NCBI GenBank assembly: GCA_964016885.1
Contig: OZ024741.1
Span: 60,326,001-60,390,000 of the forward strand
Source of the DNA: Eledone cirrhosa
Lineage: Eukaryota
DNA length: 64,000 nt
Direction: 5' to 3'
Numbering within the stretch: the stretch's first letter is position 1; the number at the start of each line of letters is the position of its first letter. Position numbers and translations under genes: made by a program. The notes under the pieces are model-generated. The model was not told the DNA's origin. It saw only the letters and a list, made by a program, of their open reading frames with translations, and did no database searches. Positions 55,452-64,000 of this stretch are shown here, in pieces.

Positions 55452-57908
55452 ATGGAAAAACAATACTTGGGAACTTCTTTAAAGAATATACCATTACCTT
55501 CTAAGGATGATTTCTTACTTCTTATGATAAAAAAAAACCAACCAATTTATCAGAAGAATCAGATGGAGGGCCTACCACTTCGATAAAAAAACAAAATGTA
55601 CTGATAGGAAATATTTATATGATTTCACTACATATAAAAATCCACCACACAACTCCTTACTTGAAAACTTTGAGAAAGACCTTTTTAATTTAATCAAACA
55701 CCTCAAATTTAAGAGGTATAAATCTAATTTTCAAAAGGACCTTGATTCTACCCTATTGGAGCTAAAAAAATCTAAAAAAATCCATGTCCACTCGGACAAA
55801 ACTGGAAATCTATATCACATGGATATTGAAAATTACAATGAGTTCATATATAAAGAACTCAGGAAAAATTATAGAAAAACAAATAATGCGTCACTTACCA
55901 ACATCAACAATAAAACACACAGCATAGTGAATAGACTTAATATTGAAGATAGAACTGAACCTTTGGCATTGAAAAGACCACACTTCAACCTGAAAGATCA
56001 TAAATCTAACTTTAACTCTAATCCTTCTATAAGGCTTATATGCCCTTCCAAACTGATATTGGAATAATTAGTAAAAATTTTTAGATAGAGTCATCCCACA
56101 ACTAAGAAAACATGTTAATTTACCACTCTGGGAAAACACATCCCAGGTAATTAACTGGTTTAATAATATTAGAAATAAATCCTCTGCTTCATTTCTACAA
56201 TTTGATATAGATAATTATTATTATTCTATATCACCTATACTCCTGAACAAAGCCTTGATATTTGCTAAAAATATATCTAACTTAACTTTGGATGACATTA
56301 ATATTATTACACATGCTAGACTAACACTATTGGAATTTCAGAATGAATACTGGACCAGAAACACATATAGTAATTTATTCGATATTACTATGGTCTCAAG
56401 CGATTCTGCCCAAATCACTGATCTTGTGGGCCTCTTTCTTCTTTTTAACATAAATGCTTCTTTTCCCCACCTTAAAGGTGGTTTATATCGTGACGACTGT
56501 CTTCTTCTTTCCAATAACCTTAGCCTCTCAGAGATAGAAAAAAATAAAAAGCTTATTAGAACTTTCCTCAAAGACTATTATAGTCTAGATATTACTTTTG
56601 AAAACACAAGTAAAGTAGTTAATTTCCTAGATATAACATTAGACCTATCTACGGGTATCTACCAACCTTACCATAAACCCAACCAAAATTTACACTACAT
56701 ACACTCACAATCTAATCACCCTAAATCTATCCTTAAAAACCTTGCATATAATATATCACTTAGAATTTCTAACCTTTCGTCTAACCAAGATGTATTTGAT
56801 AAAAATGCGACCTTTTATAACGAAGCTCTAGCTAGAAGTGGCCACAAAAATAGATTAGTATATATATATACCTTCTACTAATAACACTACAAACATACAA
56901 CCTAATATTACCAACAAACACCAAATGAAACATACACACCTAAATGCCACTCACACTATACACCAAAGCACCAACATAAAACCAAATTTCTCTAACTCTT
57001 CTAATATTCAGTATAGTAACTCTCAAAAAACTACTCATCCTACAACTCTAATAAATGTTAATAATAAAACTCCTAATAAACAAGCTAAAACACCTAAATC
57101 AATAAATCTAACTAAAAATGTGAGTGGTGGGGTCATTAACAATAATTCTCTTAATAAACACCAGGATGAATCCTATAAAAAAAATAAACAACATCGAAAC
57201 CGTAATAGACGAGTTACTTGGTATAATGCTCGATTTAATTTACAAATTAAGGATAATATACCTAAAAAATTCTTTAATATCCTAGAGAAAAACTTCCCGC
57301 CAAACCACAAATACCATCAAATCTTAAATAGATCAACGGTTAAATTCTCCTACTCAACAACCAAAAACATAAAGCAAAATATAAGTGCCTATAATGCATA
57401 TAAATGTAAAAATATTATGAGCATACCACCAGTACATCAAACTAACCATAATATCTCCTCAGATACAGGATTCACGAAAAGTTGTAACTGTAGAAACAAG
57501 GCAAACTGTCCATTAAAAGGAAATTGCCTTGTTAATAACATAGTATATAAATGTAAAGTTAACACTAAGGACTCAATTTATTCATATATAGGAGCTACCT
57601 CTAACAATTTTAAGGTAAGATTTAATACCCACAAACATAGTTTTAAAAATGCCGCACTAGCTAATACAACATCTCTAGCTGAAATAATAAATAGTTATAG
57701 AAAGAGGAATATAGAATATGACCTGACCTGGAGTGTGCTCAAAAGGGCCACCCCTTATCAAAATAGTAGAAATGAATGTAGATTATGTTCCCAAGAACTT
57801 TTTGAAATAATGAAATCTAAGGATATCCTATTAAATAAGCGACAGGAATTAATAATATCGTGTAATCATAAACTGAGAAAAACCTTTAAATATTATAAAC
57901 CTAATTAA
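55452..57908 (+). pseudogene. PLE RT/GIY-YIG polyprotein with frameshifts and stops
   Basis: [72 protein letters not shown]. Confidence 0.9.
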
Positions 57909-58328
57909 TATACACTTTAGAAATTAATTTATAATTTATTTTTAATTTAGTTAACCTATAATTAATATTCTACTACTGATGAACTACATAATTCTGCTTT
58001 AAAAATTATAAACCTAATTAATATACACTTTAGAAATTAATATAACACTATTTTTAATTTAGTTAACCTATAATTAATATTCTACTACTGATGAACTACA
58101 TAATTTTGCTTTCTTTCTTACAAATATCATTTCCTAAAACTGATACCATTAAGTAAACATATATAATGCTTTAACTTCAGGTTATGACTCTATGTTCCTT
58201 GAAAACTATATATATTTACTAGTTCTCACTAATAAATTTAATCCCCCCCCCCCAATAATTATATGTATATATAAGTGTATATGTGTGTCTATATATTTGT
58301 GTATGTATGTATGTATGCATGTATATTC

Positions 58329-58383
<55 letters not shown>

Positions 58384-58482
58384 GTAGGTGTATATATATA
58401 TATATATATATGTGTGTGTATGTGTGTGTGTTTATGTGTATATGTATGTATATATATATATATATAGGTGTATATATATGTG

Positions 58483-58515
<33 letters not shown>

Positions 58516-59202
58516 ATGTGTATGTATATGTATATATATATATATGTATAAGTATATATATATATATTATTTTTATGTTCTTTTAATTTCCCCTCATCCT
58601 TAACACCACTTTTCAACTGCATCTAACTCTTATTTATCATATCTATATGTATTAGTATAATTTTATCAATATAAATATATCCACCAATTAAATTAATTTA
58701 TATTCTTTTCATAGATGTATTTTTTTCACTAACATTCTTATCTTAAAACTTTAGTCACCATAGATATTTGTACTGGCATTACTATTTTATAACAGCAACT
58801 GCTTGTATACCTTTTATTGACCACCTGACCTATTTTCACCCCTAAAATAAGCTTCAATTACTACTATTTTACCATTTGGCCAATTATTATCTTTCTATTG
58901 GTTAATTCTAAACCTCTTACCAAACAGACAGAATATATTAGATCTTTGTTGGTTTTATTCAATGAACAAATAAAATTATTTCTGAGGTCAGCATAAGACC
59001 TATTTCTTCCCTAAAATAATCCTTCATTCATAATATTCTTTTCCACCCAAAACTGAAATCTACCTTCCTCTACCCATAATTTAATGTTCTTCTACTATTA
59101 TATTACTATCCTGACCCTCACTATCTCTCTATTGGTCAATTCAAAACCTGTTCCCAAACAGACCTATTGTATTGAATCTTTGTTTTTTTCAATAAACAAA
59201 TA

Positions 59203-59351
59203 TCATTATTTCTGAAGACAGCATATATATGTGTAGGTACGTGTATTCCCTCTGATAGTTTGTATAAATATTGTATATTGTACATAGATCTATAGAATAT
59301 GCATACCAACTCTAACACATATATATCCTAGAAACGATCGTAAAATGATGA
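59203..59351 (+). ncRNA. Long-helix-II hammerhead in the 3' pLTR of PLE-D
   Basis: tcattattt-CTGAAGA-[112 nt]-GAAAC-GATC-GTA-aaatgatga; 9-bp stem I. Confidence 0.75.
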
Positions 59352-59401
59352 ATTTTTTTTAATATAAGGAACTGTATCTTTGTTTATTCATTATTTTATT
59401 A

Positions 59402-59469
<68 letters not shown>

Positions 59470-60225
59470 CCCATTTTGAATTCATTTCTGGCGGCGATCA
59501 CTGGAGATATTTTAGTCGTAACTGAGGGAGTCTCTTGAAAAGCTCGAAACCTCATGGATAATACCAGGATTGGACATACCCACAAAGAACGAGCGAAACT
59601 ATCGATAGTCGGGACTAGAAGAATTTTGTTAAAGTTTCTATAGATTTTCTTCAAACTTTCATTTTAGACTTAGCTGTTTAATTGATTATTTGTCTAGTTA
59701 ATGTTTACGGGCTAAGAAGAAAGACTAGTTAAATTTTATCTGGCTGTTCCTCACACTTATCTGTTATTTCTTCGAAGTTACATTTCATATTTAGCTCCGT
59801 TTAAATGATTATTTATCTAGTTAACTTCTACGATCTAAGTAGAAGAAAAATTGGATATATTTTGTCTGACTGTTCTTGAAACTTATAATTATATATATCT
59901 ATGTGTGTGTATGTGTGCGTATGTGTGAACTTTTCCCTCTATATATATGTATGTAAAAACATTTTCCCCATATACTTATTGTTCTTATTAATATGCAATT
60001 TAATTTCATTATACACTTCTATCGTTTGAAGAAGCATACAATCTGAAACCAGTACAAATAATGCGGAAATTCCTATTTTGTAAATAAATGGTTTTATGTT
60101 GTTCTGAGAGAAAATCCCTTTAGCATTTTCTACTGTTTTTTTTTCTTCTATTTTTACTATTTTACATATATCAACTCGTGTGTCACTTCTCTACAACCTA
60201 TATATATATATATATATATATATAG

Positions 60226-60414
60226 GAACAAGTAGGACCCCGACAGCTGAGCTCAAGCCGTTTCGACGGCTAATTCTGGACTAGAATTAGCCGTCGAAAC
60301 GGCTTCAGCTCAGCCGTCGGGGTCCTACTCGTTCGTATTACCCGCTCTACTACTCTAAGTATTGAGTACTTTGGTGCGTTATGGTCCACCTGGTTCCTCA
60401 CCACATTTCCTTCG

Positions 60415-60415
<1 letters not shown>
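60226..60415 (+). mobile_element. Short fold-back insert (52-bp arms) holding the 3' half of an HHR and the bulged hairpin
   Basis: 60226-60277 is inverted at 60283-60334; GAAAC-GGC..GCC-GTC; (TA)n on both sides. Confidence 0.8.
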
Positions 60416-60496
<81 letters not shown>

Positions 60497-60500
<4 letters not shown>

Positions 60501-61686
60501 ATACTTGGGGAGGGTCATATTTGTGTAATATTGCCAGAATTGATAACAGAACACATTCACTGTTTGGTTGGTTTTCGCTTTTCGCTTCTGTGTCTTTTAT
60601 ATCGGTTAATTTAATATATTCGGTCCTAATGTTGCCATTGACTGACCAACGGTCAAAAATACAGATACAATATAGATACAAACACATATATATAGCCTAT
60701 CAAAGTTCTTTCGTTGCACATCTGCAACATCGTCAGTGGTGCTATTGTTTCCTCCCGTTGCATTGTATGTCTACGCCATCTTTATTAAGTCTGTTTATAT
60801 ATTTATTTATTTGTTTATATTTTTGTTTTCTTTGCGCATGCGCTTGCGTGTGTGTATAGTGTTTTGTTTGATGTGTGTTCGCGTTTGGGTGACTGTGTAT
60901 TGGTTAATGTATTCTATATTTACTAGTGTGTGTTTATATGTGTTTGTTGTTATTGTGCTTGTGTATGTATTTATTTATTTATCTATTTATTTATTTATTT
61001 ATTTATTTATTTATACTTCTCTTAGGTCTTTGTTGTTTGTTTGGGTGTTGTTGTTATTCCATTCATTCTTTCTGTTTAGCCTTGGCCTTCTAAGTTATAT
61101 TTCACTGGCCTCTCTGATTTGCCTATCTGCTGGGTCATTTCTATGTTTAGATATTATTCTAATTTCTATGTTGTCTATGTTACCGTCGTGTTGTTGTCTG
61201 GCATATTCGTATAGTACTGAACATTTCAGACAACAACACGACGGTAACATAGACAACATAGAAATTAGAATAATATCTAAACATAAAAATGGCCCAGCAG
61301 ATAGGCAAATCAGGGAGGCCAGTGAAATAGAACTTAGAAGGCCAAGGCTAAAGAGAAAAAATGAATGGAATAACAACAACACCCAAACAAACAACACTGA
61401 CAAAATAGAAGTATAATGAATAAATAAATAAATAGATAAATAAATACATACACAAGCACAATAACAACAAACACATATAATCACACACTAGTAAATATAG
61501 AATACATTAACCAATACACAGTCACCCAAACACGAACACACATCAAACAAAACACTATACACACACGCAAACGCATGTGCAAAGAAGACAAAAAATAAAC
61601 AAATAAATAAATATATAAACAGACTAAATAAAGATGGCGTAGACATACAATGCAACGGGAGGAAACAATAGAACCACTGACGATGT

Positions 61687-61690
<4 letters not shown>
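60497..61690. mobile_element. Fold-back PLE 3' end related to PLE-A, ~470-bp inverted arms; HHR at 60692-60745 (-)
   Basis: 60723-61200 is inverted at 61227-61690; encodes the GIY-YIG tail EHF..RQIREASEI..RPRLKRKNEW; ca-CTGACGA-t gttgca gatg tgcaac-GAAA-gaac-TT-tg. Confidence 0.9.
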
Positions 61691-61763
<73 letters not shown>

Positions 61764-62172
61764 CTTTTTTTGTTTATCTCAATTCTAGCGACGAATTAGC
61801 GGAGCCGTTAAAACGTCAGACAGAAAACTACAATCTGAAAACTAAGTAGACTGAAGTAAAAGAATTAGGAAAAGCAGATAACATCAAACCGGTATACTAA
61901 AATATATCAAGTAAAAGAGAGAAAGAGAGAGATGGGGGAGTAAGGGACAGAAAGAGTAACCAGTCAGTGTCCCTCAAGAGTCGGTAGAGAGATAAGATGT
62001 CAGGATGGAAGTAAAGTATGGATTGGCATCTGTGAGCTAAAATCAGCGCAATAAGATCTATGTTTAAATGCACAGAACTATTGTTAAATTTCACATAAAT
62101 ATAAAAGTAAAATAATGTAAAAAAGATGCTAATATAAAGCGCAGATTAGGTAAACAATACATTCTAACAGAT

Positions 62173-62442
62173 GAAGACGCGTGGCTTATAGGTTAAATTG
62201 TTTTGCTCGAGATGGTAAAGTTTTGTTTCGAATCTCTACCTGGACAGCGCGTTCTGCTCTTGAGCAAGATACTTTATTTTACGTTGCTCCAATTCACTTT
62301 ATACAAATGAATTTTAACTGTAATTCAAAGGGCTCACTTTGTCACACACATGTTACACCGAGAACCAATTTAATTTAATGAGTAGATTATTCCGTTTTTC
62401 AAACATTACAACCACCATCGTCGAGACCGACAAAGATCCAAC
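62173..62442 (+). mobile_element. SINE family B copy
   Basis: gaagacgcgtggcttataggttaa head, cttgagcaagatactttattttacgttgctcc core. Confidence 0.7.
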
Positions 62443-64000
62443 GTTTTTATATCATAGAAAATGAGGAAATAATTTATTGTTTACAATATATTTGATAATG
62501 GACTCAAAGCGAAGTGAGTTGATATAGAGGTGGTTTTAATTAATTTCATTTTGCCTTGGAGTGATATGGCAGTTTTCCATGTTGATATGACGTTATTGAT
62601 AAGTCTTGATATTGTTAGGTCTAATTCATCTGAGGGCATCATTACTGTATTCTTTTCCTTCTCAGTGGAGCTTATGTGTTTATTATATGGTGGGTTTTGT
62701 TGGGATCTTTTGTATTTGTATTCAGTTGTTTAATTTCATATTCAGTTGTGAACGCAGTATAGGCGAATGTTTAAGGATTTCACTTCGCAATCATTATGCC
62801 TAAGTTCGTTCCCAATGATTCCCACCATAGCCATGAGTCGGCCTATGTCTGATGAGTGAAATTGGATAGACGGAAAATGTATAAAAGCCCGTCAGATAGA
62901 CTAAACCAGGAATTCGACGGATCAGAATTGTCTCGTAGTGTCAAGCTGAATCTCCCTGAGAATTAATGTGTAATGTTCAGTCACTTACATGTTAATTTCA
63001 TGAGTAGGTTGCTCCATTGCAATCGATGGAGGGTCAATTCCATTCCATTTATTTCCTCTTTTTATTCTTTCCATAATTTCAATTCTTAAGATATTGATAT
63101 TATCAAACTGCCGGCGGCGTGTTCTGTCTGTAAGCAGGATATTTTATTTCACGTTGTTTCAGCCCACTTTGCTAGATAAACTAAGTTCCACCTTTAATTT
63201 AAGGGACCGGCCTTGTCACCTATTGGGTCAAGCTTAATCGTTCTGAAAAATAAGTCATTGTTATGCGTGTCTGTGAGATGCTCAGCCATTTGTAAGTTAA
63301 TTACATGTGCAAGGTATTCAATTTTTCGAATAATTGGAACAACAGTGGTTAGAATTAACAGAGCTCCAACATAATTCTTCCATTAAATGCCAACTCTGAT
63401 CCACTTTTATGCTTTGCTTTTGCCGGGGCCACGTATTATATATTTCTACTGTGTTGTACAGACCGATCTCTTCCATTAAATATTTGATAAGAACACGACT
63501 TGTTTTGTTTTATTTTAACGTAATATTTTAGGAGAAAGAATTGCCATTAAGGTATTTCAACAACAACCTCCACCAACTAACTGACATAATCTTATAGCTG
63601 CTCTAATAGAAACGGTCCTTTATTGTCAATTGGAATTTAGGAATCTTTGAAAAGCACGCAATAGAGTTATTGGCCATTTTAGATGAAAGTTACGAGCTGA
63701 CCCTACGGAATTCCTTTCATTCAAAATTTTAGTAGGCAGCTTATTTGTAAAATCCGTTTTATCTATGTAGAGAATCTCTGCTATAATTGCACAATAAATC
63801 TTTTTGTTATGAAGAATATAACACCTAAAGGAATACTCATTGCTTTTGCAATAAAATTCAATATAAAATGAAGCAGTTTTATTCTCATGGCAAGTTAGAA
63901 CAAGTATCTGAGATATTTAGTTTCGGGTGGAAGTGGGTAGCGAAGATGGGTGATATAAATTTGTCTTGTGAAAGATCATTATAATGACTAAATTTATTTC

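Larger units (their letters stand above)
54202..59407 (+). mobile_element. Near-full-length Penelope-like retroelement D with ~950-bp direct terminal repeats (pLTRs)
   Basis: 54202-55170 approximately equals 58455-59407; RT + GIY-YIG between them; ends in (TA)n. Confidence 0.92.

Noticed and set aside
57890-58110. Two CTGATGA motifs in a ~110-bp tandem duplication after the PLE-D stop codon
   Set aside because: No helix II or GAAA partner; simple local duplication.
60736-61416. 226-aa hydrophobic ORF
   Set aside because: Reads through the antisense arm of the palindrome; only the last ~65 aa are genuine PLE nuclease tail.

Overview
Eukaryotic, AT-rich, almost entirely repetitive animal DNA. 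The SINE types and the extreme (TA)n/(GA)n/(CA)n density suggest a cephalopod (octopus-like) genome, which is an inference. No intact host gene is visible. The window holds four large Penelope-like retroelement (PLE; RT + GIY-YIG) copies, two near-identical dead DD37D/maT (Tc1/mariner) transposons, decayed RTE, CR1 and CRE-like LINEs, a Helitron remnant and many tRNA-derived SINEs. Two candidate host exons were found: one signal-peptide exon and one SMARCD/BAF60-like pseudo-exon. The most striking feature, found by eye, is about 20 type-I hammerhead-ribozyme (HHR) motifs, intact or degenerate, from many unrelated families. They sit in PLE terminal repeats or in small non-coding retrozyme-like units next to (TA)n tracts. 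Several HHRs carry helix-II insertions of about 75-110 nt, and two families show covariation between copies. Several inserts are fold-back palindromes. Many share a bulged hairpin, (A/G)CUC-[helix]-UY-GAG(U/C), between the ribozyme and the 3' junction; I do not recognise it from any described motif. All structures are manual predictions and coordinates are approximate to a few nt.
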